The notes under the pieces were generated by a model. It saw only the letters and a list, made by a program, of their open reading frames with translations. It did no database searches and was not told the DNA's origin. 64,000 nt of DNA, taken from the NCBI GenBank assembly GCA_963575745.1, contig CAUYUJ010000001.1, positions 1,612,001 to 1,676,000 on the forward strand. The letters are read 5' to 3'. Origin of the DNA: Prorocentrum cordatum (lineage: Eukaryota). Both the position numbers and the translations under genes were made by a program. Positions 1-12,049 of the stretch are shown piece after piece; position 1 is the stretch's first letter; every line of letters starts with the position of its first letter.

Positions 1-1259
1 GGCCAGCGACCAGCTGGGTGGCCACCCCCAGGGCCAGCCAGGCGCTCAGCCAGGTGACAAAACCGACGACCAACGAGGTGGCCTCGCAGAGTGGCAGCAG
101 CGGCTCGGGCATCCCTGTTGGCAAGACCACGCGGCGACGACGTCCGCCTGAGCTCCCTGCCGGCATCGGGGTGTTGGACGCCGAGTTGCGCGACGGGTGT
201 GGGGCGGGCATCAGTGCGACCTCCAGGTGCAGGAGCCATTTGCCAGCGGCGTCACATCTGTCTATGTACGGGGCGATATCTATGACCTTCCCGAGTAGTT
301 TGGTAACGTCAAGGCTCTCGAAGTAACCTACATGCATATGCAAGATCCGACCGCGCTGCCGCCCAAGAGACCACCAGGGGTGACCGTGCTGGTTCTGACT
401 GACAGCACCTCCGTGGGCAGATCGGACGATTTGAAACTTTGCATTGGCGAACGTTTCGCTGGCAATGAATCAGGGCGGGCGCGCTTTCTCGGTTTTCCTT
501 GCCTTGCAGGAAGATGTGGTTCAAAACAGCATCGACGCGATCGAAGGGCGTGCCGCGCGCGCGTTTGGAGCTGGCGCTGTCACGAGCATTCGCGCAGAGA
601 ACTGGGGGGCCGACATCGGGCCTTACCTCCGCCAGCGGAAGGTCATGAGCGGGGAGGCCCCGCGGGCCTTGGAAATCCCGAGCGCTCCTGCAGATGCGCG
701 TGAAGAGCAACCTTCGGGGCCGTAGGCTGCGAAGAGCCCAGCGGTCTTCGGCGCGCCCCTGGGGGTTCACGCCGAGAGCGACGATCTCAAGAGGCAAATC
801 TGGTTGAATAAATCACGTGGGGACGTGGTGCAAATCCAGATCACCCGCAAATGAGTCGAGAAGTTCTTGTCGCTGGGCATGGCTGGCGCACCAGACCAGG
901 TTTTTTTTTCGGATCTCCGCGAGACTATCCGGTCTTTGGCCAGGCAGATCTCTGTGCTGCGAAGAGGACGTGGATACTGATTCAGCCCCGCGTGCCGCTT
1001 GACATCCCGCTGGGGTCGGCGCGCATCATTGCAGGCTCGTTATTGGGCCTGCCTGGGTGCCGCGCTGCGCCCCGTGCTGCTGCGTGCCGTGGAGATGTTG
1101 ATCCGGGCGATGCCGCGTGGGTACAAGACCAACGCTATGGGCCAGACTTCGCGCGCGCTCGAGCGACTGGTGCCGACGACGGCGGTTGCTGTCTGGGGCC
1201 AACGCGAACTGGGCGGACGCGAGCCACTACGACGCTCACCGGCGGTTGCTCCAACCCGC

Positions 1260-1280
1260 CCGTAGCCATGTTGGTTAAAG
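1260..1280 (+). other. Relict dinoflagellate spliced leader (DinoSL)
   Basis: CCGTAGCCATGTTGGTTAAAG versus the SL core CCGTAGCCATTTTGGCTCAAG gives 18/21 identity without gaps. It lies directly upstream of the LINE ORF at 1284. Confidence 0.75.
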
Positions 1281-1283
1281 GCC

Positions 1284-3512
1284 GTGGCGCCCCGAGGGTC
1301 TCGACTAGGCGCATTGTCTCTGAGGGAGGTGCTTGGCAAAGCTAAAATCTACGCAGACGAACGGCTTCCCGACCCGACGCGCGCTCGCGTCGGCGCGTGG
1401 AGCGCGCGGATGGCGGGCGACGGCAGCGGCTGGCAGCCGGTGGCAGGCGGCAAGGGCAAGAAGCTCGCGTTCGGCAGCGGGCGCGGGGGCGCAGTGGCCC
1501 AAGCCGGGCGAGGCAGCCCAGTGGACGCGCGGCGCCTGCGGCACGGCCGCGTTGCGGAGTCGGCGGCGTGGGAGGCGTTAGCGGCACGTGACGCGGTCGA
1601 CCCGCACTCCGAGGATCCTGATCTCGATGCGGTGGTCACGGCCATGTTGGACTTGATCAAGGCCTTTGAGAATTTGTCCTTGGTCAAGCTGTTTCAGGCG
1701 GGCCTCCGCTGGGGTTTCTCGCCGCCCATCCTCGCTGTGGTTATGTCCATCTTCGCGATGGCCAGGGCCCTAGTCGTCGACGGCTGCTTCGAAGACGAGG
1801 CGGGGGCCCAGACGGCCATTGTGGTCGGCAGCAAGTGCTCCGTGGCCTTGCTTCGCATGTTGTTGAGGGAGGGAATGGATTGCCTGGTCGCGCGCTACCC
1901 GTGCGTCGACTGGAAGCTGTCCGCGGACGACCTTTGTGCGCAACAGCGAGTGGCGGAGGCCTCCATGACCGATTTTGCCAAGGTTGATCTGGCCTTTTCG
2001 CTCGGCCAGGATGGCAAGTGCCACCAGCTGGCCAGCGCGCCGCGGCTGCTGAACGCGCCCAAGCCCATCGTGAAACGCAAAGGGATCAAGGTGCAGGCGA
2101 CGGGCGTGCACCTCGGGGTCGACATGCCGATGTCCAGGCAGGTGGCCAGGAGCAAGCGGCGGCAGCGGGCCGCGTCACTGGGCAACCGCACCATGCGATT
2201 TGACGGACTCCGACGCCAGGGCGAGGACATGGCGAGAGGGTGGCCTCGGCCTTCCGCGCAGGCCTAAACCGCCCTGCACGCGTGGCGCCAAGTGCCTGGG
2301 GATGTTCGACAGCCACCTGCTGGCACTCAGACGAGCTGCGGCCAAGTCGCCGCGCAGCAAGGTCGGCGGGGCCTCACTCACGCTGCTGCTCGCCACCGAT
2401 GGCAGGCAGGGCGACCCCATCTACGAGGTCTCAGCGGCGCCTGTGGTCGAGTGGGCCGCGGCGGTCTGGGACAGCAGCTTCGCGCCTGAGGTTATAGCTC
2501 AGGCCTGGCGCAGGCAGCAGCGCGAGGTGGGCATGGGGCGGCTGGGCAGCAGTTCGCGGTCCAGCAGGAGCCTGCGTGATGTCGCTCACGCGCGAGCTGC
2601 CCTGGGGCGCGTTCCGCACGCGCGCCCAGCTGGAGGCGCGACTGGCCGAGGTCTGCATCTTGGACTTCCAGGCCATGTGCAAGGAGGACCTCGAGTGCGA
2701 GCTGCGGGCGAAACGCACCCAAGAGGCCGACCTGGCACAGGTAGCCCCGCGGCCCTCGCTAACGCCGCGCGCGGACGCTGCCGCGCGCACGCTGCCAGCG
2801 CGGCGCGGCAGGCGGCGACGCGCGGGCCGTGGACACAGGGCGAGCTGCACAGGATAGGCAAGGCGCCTTCCCGGTAGTGTCAGGCCAGTGGGCGCGAGGC
2901 GGGCACTGCCCACCACCGCTACTACAGGTGCTGCAGGGCCGTCGCCCACAGGCTGGAAGCCCCGCGCAAGTGGCAGCGCGCGGCGGAGCAGGAGCCGCGC
3001 AGTCTCGTCTGGGCCCGAGGCTTGATCCGACACCCAGCTGCGGACTTGGCCTTCCAGCCAGTGGAGGTGCGACGGGGCCGCTGGGGCCGCCCGGGAGGCC
3101 GCCGCGCCCCGCCGGCGGCATATTGCAAAAATATATGGCAAGTTAGGTCGCCGGCCGTGGCCGCCAGAGGGGCCGCCGGGGCCGCTGCCAGGGCCCTGGG
3201 GCAGTTGCCGCGGACGCCAGGGCCGCCCAGGATGCGGCCGCCGGGGCTGCCCAGGAGGCGCATGCGCGCGCAGTCCGACCTCGGTGAAGGCGCCGATGGC
3301 GAGGGGGATGCTACCACCTGTTGCGACGACCTGGTCATCTTGCAGGGTGGGTGCCAGAAAGGCGGGCGGATGGACCATGTGCCGAAACCTTTGGAGGTTG
3401 ATCGGCCCCGGCTGCGTGCCGGCGCGATTCTGGTGGCGCTGCCGCTGGCCCGGCCGACGTTTCGCCCGTGCTGGCTGGCGGTGCCGACGTTGGCCTCGGC
3501 GACGCGGGCGCC
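1284..3512 (+). pseudogene. LINE reverse transcriptase region (frameshifted)
   Basis: Motifs GRVAESAAWE, MLDLIKAFE, AIVVGS, KLSADDL (degenerate Y/FVDD) and HLGVD. A later frame has a Cys-rich CYRC segment near 2920. Confidence 0.8.
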
Positions 3513-3530
3513 AGTAAGGCGCTGGATCAA

Positions 3531-4020
3531 GTCACGGTCACGGTCACGGTCACGGTCACGGTCATAGTCACGGTCACGGTCACGGTCACGGTCACAGTCA
3601 CGGTCACAGTCACAGTCACGGTCCCGGACCCGGACCCGGGCCCGGACCCAGACCCGGACCCGGACCCGGTCCCGGTCCCGGTCCCGGTCCCGATCACGGT
3701 CACGGTCACGGTCACGGTCACGGTCACGGTCACGGTCGCGGTCACGGTCACGGTCACGGTCACGGTCACGGTCACGGTCACGGTCACGGTCACGGTCACG
3801 GTCACAGTCACGGTCACGGTCACGGTCACGGTCACGGTCACGGTCACGGTCGCGGTCACGGTCACGGTCACGGTCGCGGTCACGGTCACGGTCACGGTCA
3901 CGGTCACAGTCACGGTCGCGGTGACGGTCACGGTCACGGTCACGGTCACGGCCACGGTCACGGTCACGGCCACGGCCACGGCCATGGCCACGGTCACGGT
4001 CACGGCCACGGCCACGGGCA
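3531..4020 (+). repeat. (GGTCAC)n microsatellite, with a GGACCC/GGTCCC variant block at about 3620-3690
   Basis: Hexamer array visible directly; it produces the spurious VT-repeat ORFs. Confidence 0.95.
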
Positions 4021-5099
4021 TGGGTTTTGCCAGTGTAATGGTGACGTCATCGGCGACAAAGTCGCTGGCAGCATCGGTCATGGTCTGGACCCAAAGCGTG
4101 GCGTCGCACAGCGGCGCGGAACACAACACCGCACCGCACAGCATGTCATGGCATGGCGCCTGACTCCTCGGAGGGTAAGTGGATCGTCGTGGAGAGGTCT
4201 GGGCCCGTCTGGAGCCGCGGCTCCATGTCCAGCTCCTATAGGCTCCCCGAAAAGCCCTTCACGAGAAGGGCTGTCGGATAGAACCCGCTGGCTCTGCTTT
4301 CAACATTGCCTGTTCGAAGCTGAAACAGGGTTCCCGCTTGATTCTGCTTCAGAACAACGACGACGCCCACAAAGGGGGGGGGGCCTTCAAAGCCCCAACA
4401 ATTCAGCGCATCGACTCCGGTTGCGCTATCACGACCGATGCTCTTTTCGGAGGGCTTATCTATAGACCGTGGGCATTGCTGGAAGGACCGAACACGCCGG
4501 TGCTACCGCGGGAGTTCGATGTGGAACAATTGGAGGCGCGGAAGCGGGGCCTCTCTGCGCAGACTAGGGGGAGAGAGGAAAGTAGTATCCATATTGTGGA
4601 ATTGTGTAACGGGAGGGGCAGAGAGGGGAGGGCGAGGGCGGGGGAACTGCAGGGCAAACGCGGGGGGCAGGGAGGGCAGGAGAGGCAGGAATGGGCGGAG
4701 GGAGAGGGGAGAGGAAGGGATTCGGAACAACATATCCACGGATAGCCGTTCAACCGCAGAGCGGCCGCTCGTCGCTCTGTCCAAACATTGCTACGTCATG
4801 CTGTGGAGACATCGTCGTGGCGTCACCCCCGCCGTGACCCAGAGCTTCCGCGGCTCAAACGAGAGGCGCCCAGGCGAGGTGGGGCGGAGCACTTCCTTCG
4901 CCATGTCGTGCTCCAAGGAGTGGCTTTCGAAAGTATCCAGCGGCCTTCGGCCCACCCCGCGCCCGCGCCTTGGTTTCGGGCACAAATTCAACGGGATCCT
5001 TTCCTGGGTCTCCTCGGAGCCTGGTCGTGGCTTTTCGGGGGGGGGCGAAACTTTATTGGGCCGTTTTCGGGGCCTCCGGGGGCCCCCTTGGCTTGTTTT

Positions 5100-8000
5100 G
5101 CCCGACCCGCCCGCGAGGGCCCGCCCGCCCGACCCGACCCGACCCGCCCGTTAGGGTTCACGCGTGTCAAATGTAAACGCACCATACTTTAATGTCCCGC
5201 CCGCCCGACCCGACTCGCCCGTTAGGGTCCGCCCGACCCGACCCGACCCGCCCGTTAGGGTCCGCCCGCCCGACCCGACCCGCCCGCTAGGGTTCGCGCG
5301 TGTCAAGTGCACACGCACCATACTTTAATGTCCCGCCCGGCCGGCCCGACCCGCCCGTTAGGGTTCGCCCGGCCCGACCCGGCCCGCCCGTTAGGGCCCG
5401 CCCGCCCGACCCGACCCGACCCGCCCGTTAGGGTTCACGCGTGCCAAGTGCACGCGCACCATAATTTAATGCCCCGCCCGCCCGACCCGACCCGCCCGAA
5501 TTAGGGCCCGCCCGACCCGACCCGACCCGCCCGTTAGGGCCCGCCCGACACGACCCGACCCGCCCGTTAGGGCCCACGCGTGTCAAGCGCACGCGCACCA
5601 TACTTGAACGTCCCGCCCGCCCGACCCGACCCGCCCGTTAGGGCCCGCCCGACCCGACCCGACCCGCCCGTTAGGGCCCGGCCCGCCCGACCCGACCCGA
5701 CCCGCCCGTTAGGGTTCACGCGTGTCAAGCGTACGCGCACCATACTTTAATGCCCCGCCCGCCCGACCCGACCCGCCCGTTAGGGTCCGCCCGACCCGAC
5801 CCGACCTGCCCGTTAGGGTCCGCCCGCACGACGCGACCCGACCCGCCCGTTAGGGCTCGCGCGTGTCAAGTGTACACGCGCCATACTTTAATGCCCGCCC
5901 GCCCGACCCGCCCGCCCGTTAGGGTCCGCCCGACCCGACCCGACCCGCCCGTTAGGGTCCGCCCACCCGACCCGACGCGCCCGTTAGGGTTCACGCGTGT
6001 CAGTGCACACGCACCATACTTTAATGCCCCCCCGCCCGACCCGACCCGCCCGTAGGGCCCCGCCGACCCCGCCCGACCCGCCCGTTAGGGTCCGCCCGAC
6101 CGACCCGACCCGACCCGCCCGTTTAGGGTTCACGCGTGTCAGTTTACAACTGCACCTAACTTTAATGTCCCGCCCGCACGACCGACCCGACCCCAACCCT
6201 TCGTTAGGGTCCGCCCGCCCGACCCGACCCGACCCGCCCGTTAGGGCTCACGCGTGTCAAGTGTACACGCACCATACTTTAATGTCCCCCGCCCGCACCG
6301 ACCCGCCCGTTAGGTCCGCCCGACCCGACCCGCCTTAGGGCTCACAGTCGCGTCCAAGTGTCAGCACGCGCCCATTACTTTAATGTCCCGCCCGCGCGAC
6401 CCGACTACCCGCCCGTTAGGGTCCGCCCGACCCGACCCGACCCGCCCGTTAGGGTCCGCCCGCCCGACCCGACCCGACCCGCTTGTTAGGGTTCACGCGT
6501 GTCCAGTGCACACGCACCATACTTTAATGTCCCGCCCGCCCGACCCGACCCGCCCGCTAGGGTCCGCCCGACCCGACCCGACCCGCCCGTTAGGGTCCGC
6601 CCGCCCGACCCGACCCGACCCGCCCGTCAGGGTTCACGCGTGTCAAGTGCACGCGCACCATGCTTTAATGTCCCGCCCGCCCGACCCGACCCGCCCGCTA
6701 GGGTCCGCCCGACCCGACCCGACCCGCCCGTTAGGGCCCGCCCGCCCGACCCGACCCGACCCGCCCGTTAGGGTTCACGCGTGTCAAGTGTACACGCACC
6801 ATACTTCAATGTCCCGCCCGCCCGACCCGACCCGCCCCGTTAGGGTCCGCCCGGCCCGACCCGACCCGCCCGTTAGGGTCCGCCCGCCCGACGCGACCCG
6901 ACCCGCCCGTTAGGGTTCACGCGTGTCAAGTGCACACGCATCGCACTTGAATGTCTCGCCCGCCCGACCCGACCCGCCCGTTAGGGTCCGCCCGACCCGG
7001 CCCGACCCGCCCGTTAGGGTCCGCCCGACCGACCCGACCCGACCCGCCCGTTAGGGTTCACCGCGTGTCTAGTGTACCACGCCCCAACTTTAATGCCCCG
7101 CCCGCCCGAACCCGACCCCGCCATTAGGGTCCGCCCCGACCCGACCCTCGTCCGCACCGTTAGGGTCCGCCCACCGACCCGACCCCCCTATAGGGGTCCG
7201 CACCCGCACCGCACGACCCGACCCGCCTTAGGTTCACGCGTGTCAAGCGCACGCGCAACATACTACCATGCGGTAAGGCCCCGCCCGCTCACGCCCGACC
7301 CGACCCGCCCGTTAGGGTCCGCCCGACCCGACCCGACCCGCCCGTTAGGGCCCGCCCGCCCGACCCGACCCGACCCGCCCGTTAGGGTTCACGCGTGTCA
7401 AGTGCACACGCACCATACTTGAATGTCCCGCCCGCCCGACCCGACCCGCCCGAATTAGGGCCCGCCCGACCCGGCCCGACCCGCCCGTTAGGGCCCGGCC
7501 CGCCCGACCCGACCCGACCCGCCCGCTAGGGTTCACGCGTGTCAAGTGCACGCGCACCATACTTGAATGTCCCGCCCGCCCGACCCGACCCGCTTGTTAG
7601 GGCCCGCCCGACCCGACCCGCCCGTTAGGGTCCGCCGACCGACACCGACCCGACCCGCCCGTTAGGGTTCGCGCGTGTCAAGCGGGTCCGGTGGCCAGCT
7701 TAATGCCTCCGACCCGCCCCAACACCGAACCCGCCCGTTAGGTCCGCCCGACCCCGACACCGACTACCGTTAGGGACCGCCCGCCCCGAACCCGACCACC
7801 GTTTAGGGTTCGCGCGTGTCAGTCAAGCGCCCACGCACCATACTTTAATGTCCCGCCCGCCCGACCCGACCCGCCCGTTAGGGTCCGCCCGACCCGACCC
7901 GACCCGCCCGTTAGGGTCCGCCCGCCCGGCCTGACCCGACCCGCCCGTTCGGGTTCACGCGTGTCAAGTGCACACGCACCATACTTTAATGTCCCGCCCG

Positions 8001-8742
8001 CCCGACCCGACCCGCCCGTTAGGGTCCGCCCGACCCGACCCGGCCCGCCCGTTAGGGCCCGCCCGCCCGACCCGACCCGCCCGTTAGGGTTCGCGCGTGT
8101 CAAGTCTACACGCACCATGCTTTAATTTTCCGCCCGCCCGACACGGAAAAACCCGCCCCGTTAATGGTCCGCCCGAACCCGACCCGACCCGACCCTCCCG
8201 TTAGGGCCCGCCCGCCCGACGCGACCCGACCCGCCCGTTAGGGTTCACGCGTGTCAAGTGCACATGCACCATACTTTAATGTCCCGCCCGCCCGACCCGA
8301 CCCGCCCGTTAGGGCCCGCCCGACCCGACCCGACCTGCCCGTTAGGGTCCGCCCGCCCGACCCGACCCGACCCGCCCGTTAGGGTTCACGCGTGTCAACT
8401 GTACACGCACCATTTTTTAATGCCCACCCGCCAGACCCGACCCGCCCGTTAGGGTCCGCCCGACCCCCGACCCGCCGTTAGGGTTCACGCCCACCCGACC
8501 CGACCCGCCCCCCTTAGGGTTCGCGCGTGTCAAGTGTACACGGCACCGACCCGCCCGTCAGGGTCCGCCCGCCCGACCCGACCCGCCCGTTAGGGTCACT
8601 CGTGTCAAGTGCACACGCACCATGCTTTAATGTCCCGCCCGCCCGACCCGACCCGCCCGTTAGGGTCCGCCCGACTCGGCCCGACCCGCCCATTAGGGTC
8701 CGCCCGCCCGACCCGACCCGCCCGTTAGTGTTCACGCGTGTC
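5100..8742 (+). repeat. About 135-145-bp tandem satellite (about 25 copies) containing GTTAGGG and CCCGA repeats
   Basis: Unit is GGGTTCACGCGTGTCAAGTGCACACGCACCATACTTTAATGTCCCG followed by three (CCCGA)n-CCCGCCCGTTAGGG sub-repeats. Confidence 0.95.
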
Positions 8743-9305
8743 ACGGTCGCGGTCACGGTCGCTTTCTTCTTGTTCGCACAGCGCCGACCCCGGAGCGGCC
8801 TTGGGCCCGGCCACGGTCGCGGTCAAGGTCACGGTGCCGGTCACGGTCGCGGTCACGGTCGCGGTCTCCGTCACGGTCACGGTCACGGTCACGGTCGCGG
8901 TCACGGTCACGGCCACGGTCACGGTCACGGTCACGGTCACGGTCACGGTCACGGTCACGGTCGCGGTCACGTCACGGTCACGGTCACGGTCACGGTCACG
9001 GTCACGGTCACGGTCACGGTCACGGTCACGGTCACGGTCACGGTCACGGTCACGGTCACGGTCGCGGTCACGGTCACGGTCACGGTCACGGTCACGGTCA
9101 CGGTCACGGTCACGGTCACGGTCACGGTCGCGGTCACGGTCATGGTCACGGTCGCGGTCACCGCCACGGTCACGGTCACGTTCCCTTCTTCTTCTTCCCG
9201 CGCACGCCAGCCTGCGCTGCAGGGCGGTCGCGGTCGCGGTCGCGGTCGCGGTCGCGGTCGCGGTCGCGGTCACGGTCACGGTCACGGTCACGGTCACGGT
9301 CACGT
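8740..9305 (+). repeat. (GGTCAC/GGTCGC)n microsatellite
   Basis: Hexamer array in the same orientation as 3531-4020. Confidence 0.95.
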
Positions 9306-9769
9306 TCCCTTCTTCTTAACATAAAGGAAGAAGGCGAACGTGACTTGATCCAGCGCCGCACTCCGGGCGCTGTGCCCCGCAAACGGTTCCGGCGTGGCCC
9401 CCGGCGGCCCTGGAGGCCACCCATGAGTGTTTATGAGCGCGCAGGAAGGAGCGCTCAGAATTCGCCGCGATGGTCCAGGCGCCCCCCGGCGGCTCCTGGG
9501 GCGGCCTTGCGGGAGAGGGCGGCTCGCCCGCCGGCCGAGCGCCGGCAGCGTGCCGGAGCGATTCTGGGTCGCCGCGCTCTGGGCCCAGAAGTCTGGCCCC
9601 GGCGCCCGCGGCAGCCCCTGCCGCCCGCCCAGCGGACCGGGTGGCCTCGCTGGCGGGCGGGGCCGTTGCCGAAGCCTCTGGGGCAGCCGCTCCTCAGCAT
9701 AGTCCTGCGAGCGGCGAGCCCGAGGTGGGGCCGCCCCCTGGCGCCGAGCTGGAGCTCGAGGGCGTGGTC

Positions 9770-10260
9770 GCGCGCGACGGACCCAGGCTGGGGCGGCCAC
9801 CGCGGGGCCAGACGGGCTGGGCGGCCACGTCGGTCGACGCGGAGGGCCGCGCGAGGGCCCGGGCTTGGGGCCCGCTGCCTGCGTTCCCGCCAGTGCAGAG
9901 GACCGTCGAATCAAGCGAGCGGAGCTTTCGGCCTGCTCGCAGGTGCTTCGGCGCGCGCGCACGGCCGCCACGGGGGCCGTAGGGCCGTGCGAGGTATGCA
10001 CCGACCATCTAGCCATCGTCTTGGGGTTGCTGCGCGGGCGAGCCTGGCGATGCTGCGGCAAGTGGGCCCGCGCCGACGTGCGGAGGCAGATCTGGTGCTG
10101 CGCGGGGGGCGCGAGTTCCACATCGACAGCGTCCAGCACTACAAGGCACAACGCAGCCAGGCCGCGATCGCCGCCCTGAAGGGCCAGGGGGGGCGGGTGG
10201 CCTTCGGGAGCCACGAGGTCGATCGACTAGCCAAGCTGGCCGCCGAGATGGATTCGGGGT
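9770..10260 (+). pseudogene. Ribonuclease H domain of the LINE (degenerate)
   Basis: In order across frames: GVVARDG, WAA, GPLP..VQRTV, EVCTDHLAIV, ADVRRQIW, HYKAQ and GSHEVDRLAKLAA. These correspond to the RNase HI motifs TDG, E, TD, KAH and GNexAD.LAK. Confidence 0.75.
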
Positions 10261-10729
10261 TCTGGCGAGACCTTGCCATCCAGCGCATGGGGCCTGCACA
10301 CTTGCCGTGGGCTGGTAGCGCGAGCGGGTGGAGGTCTGGGGCGACATGCTGGAGAAGCCTGCCGAGCGGCCTCCTCGAAAGGGTGAGTCATGGGCGCTGC
10401 GGCCCCTGGGCCTGGCGCAGCGCGACCTTGTCGCCGCGGCCTTCGGCGCGAGGTGCCAGGCCCGCGGCGAGAGGGCTCGCGCCGCTGTATCCAAGCAGCA
10501 TCTCTATCCCAGCAGGTGCGCGCCGAAGCCGTGGAGGAGGCTGGGCCCATCTGCGGACCTGCACATGATAACGGGGCTGGGAGTGCGGATGCGCGCGAGC
10601 AGCCAGGCGGAGCCAGCCGTGGCCGAGCCCGCCATCGGCCCGAGTGGCGCGACCATTTCGCAGCAGCCCGGCGAGTCAAAGGTAGCTTATTTGCTGCGCG
10701 CGGTCCAGCGAGGACAGCAGTTGGATCTA

Positions 10730-10966
10730 GGCCTCCTAGATGGGGTCCGAGCAGATGGGGTCGGAGGATCGCGCCGCATCGCCGATGCATCGGCGATGCA
10801 TCAGCGATGCGGCGCGATGTGGAGCCCGATTTTCTCCACGCCAGCGTCGCCAGTGCATCACCGACGTCGCCGATGCATCGCCGATGCATCGGCGATGTAT
10901 CGGCGATGTATCGGCGATGCGGCGTGATCCTCCGACCCCATCTACTCCGACCCCATCTAGGAGGCC
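10730..10966. mobile_element. MITE family A, copy 1
   Basis: About 60-bp TIR GGCCTCCTAGATGGGGTC...; TCTA on both sides (10726-10729, 10967-10970); internal CATCGCCGATGCATCGGCGATG palindromes. Confidence 0.9.
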
Positions 10967-11389
10967 TCTATTGGAGGAGGCCGCGAACGCCGCGGAGGGG
11001 CCAGCGCCTGCCCGCAGCGAACAGGAGGAGGCCGCCGCGGCCCTGGCGACGAGCGCGGCGGTGGCCGACGCCGAAGGCGCGCTGCGGGTGGCTGCGCAGG
11101 AGGAGCAGGCCGCGGATGCCCCAGCGGCGAGAGCGGGCGCGGCCATTCCCGCGGGCCCGCCGAGGCTGGCCAGGCCGCCCGCGCCGCCGAATCCGCAGGC
11201 ATTGGCTGGAGCGGCCGCTGCGGGCGAGCGGCTGCGCGCGGTGACCGAGGCCTACGGGCGCATCCACTTTCACCGTCTTGAAGCTGTCCTCTCTACTGCT
11301 CGTGCAAGCATCCCACCCTCCCACCCGCAACTTGGTCGCAAGGCTTCTTAAGACAAGACCGTGGCGGTAGGCACCACATGGCACTTGGC

Positions 11390-11972
11390 CACGACACCGA
11401 CGCCGACGACGACAGCGACAACGACGACGACGGCGCCGCAGACACCGACTACGACGACACCGCCGACGTCGACGTCGACGAAGACGACGACGACGCCGAC
11501 GCCGACGACGACGACGAGACGACGACGACGTCGCCAACGGAGACGACGACGAGGGAGGAGAAAAAACAACGACGGCGACAACGACGACAACGACGATGGA
11601 GGAGGGAAGACGGCGACGACGCGAACGACGAAGAAGGAGGAAGGACGGCGACGCCGACGACGACAACGACGAGGGAGGAGGGAAGACGACGACGACGACA
11701 ACGACGACGAAGACGACGACGACGGCGACGAAATAGGAGGGACGACGACGAGACGCCGACGACGGGCGACGACGACGACGAGGGAGGAGGATAACGACGA
11801 GGGAGGAGTGAAGACCACGACGACGACGACGACGACGGCGACGAAATAGGAGGGACAACGACGAGACGCCGACGAAGACGACGAGGGAGGAAGGACGACC
11901 ACGGCGACAACGACGACGGAAGCGACAACGGCGCCAAGACGACGCCGACGACGACGACGAGGAAAGACAGAA

Positions 11973-12007
<35 letters not shown>

Positions 12008-12040
12008 GGGAGGAGGGAGGACGACGACGACGACGACGCA
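11390..12040 (+). repeat. Degenerate (GAC)n trinucleotide repeat region
   Basis: GAC runs are punctuated by GAGGGAGGAG motifs. Confidence 0.9.
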
Positions 12041-12049
12041 AAAGCGCGC

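Larger units (their letters stand above)
3513..9362. mobile_element. Non-autonomous TIR-bounded element filled with tandem repeats
   Basis: A perfect 19-bp inverted repeat, GGCGCTGGATCAAGTCACG, at 3518-3536 and 9339-9357 extends to AGT...ACT termini with 2 mismatches. CC is duplicated at 3511-3512 and 9363-9364. Confidence 0.75.
1260..11340 (+). mobile_element. Decayed non-LTR (LINE) retrotransposon with RT and RNase H, interrupted by inserts at 3513-9362 and 10730-10966
   Basis: RT motifs occur in 1284-2267 and RNase H motifs in 9770-10250 on the same strand. The reading frame is restored across the large insert (ATRAP|GAVPRKRF). The 3' boundary is approximate. Confidence 0.75.

Noticed and set aside
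3468..4163. Long low-complexity ORFs (VT, RD, PQ/SA, ETMR, poly-E/G/R and similar throughout the window)
   Set aside because: They are translations of stop-free micro- and minisatellites in GC-rich DNA.
5100..8742. Interstitial telomere
   Set aside because: TTAGGG occurs singly within a larger unit, never as a tandem run.
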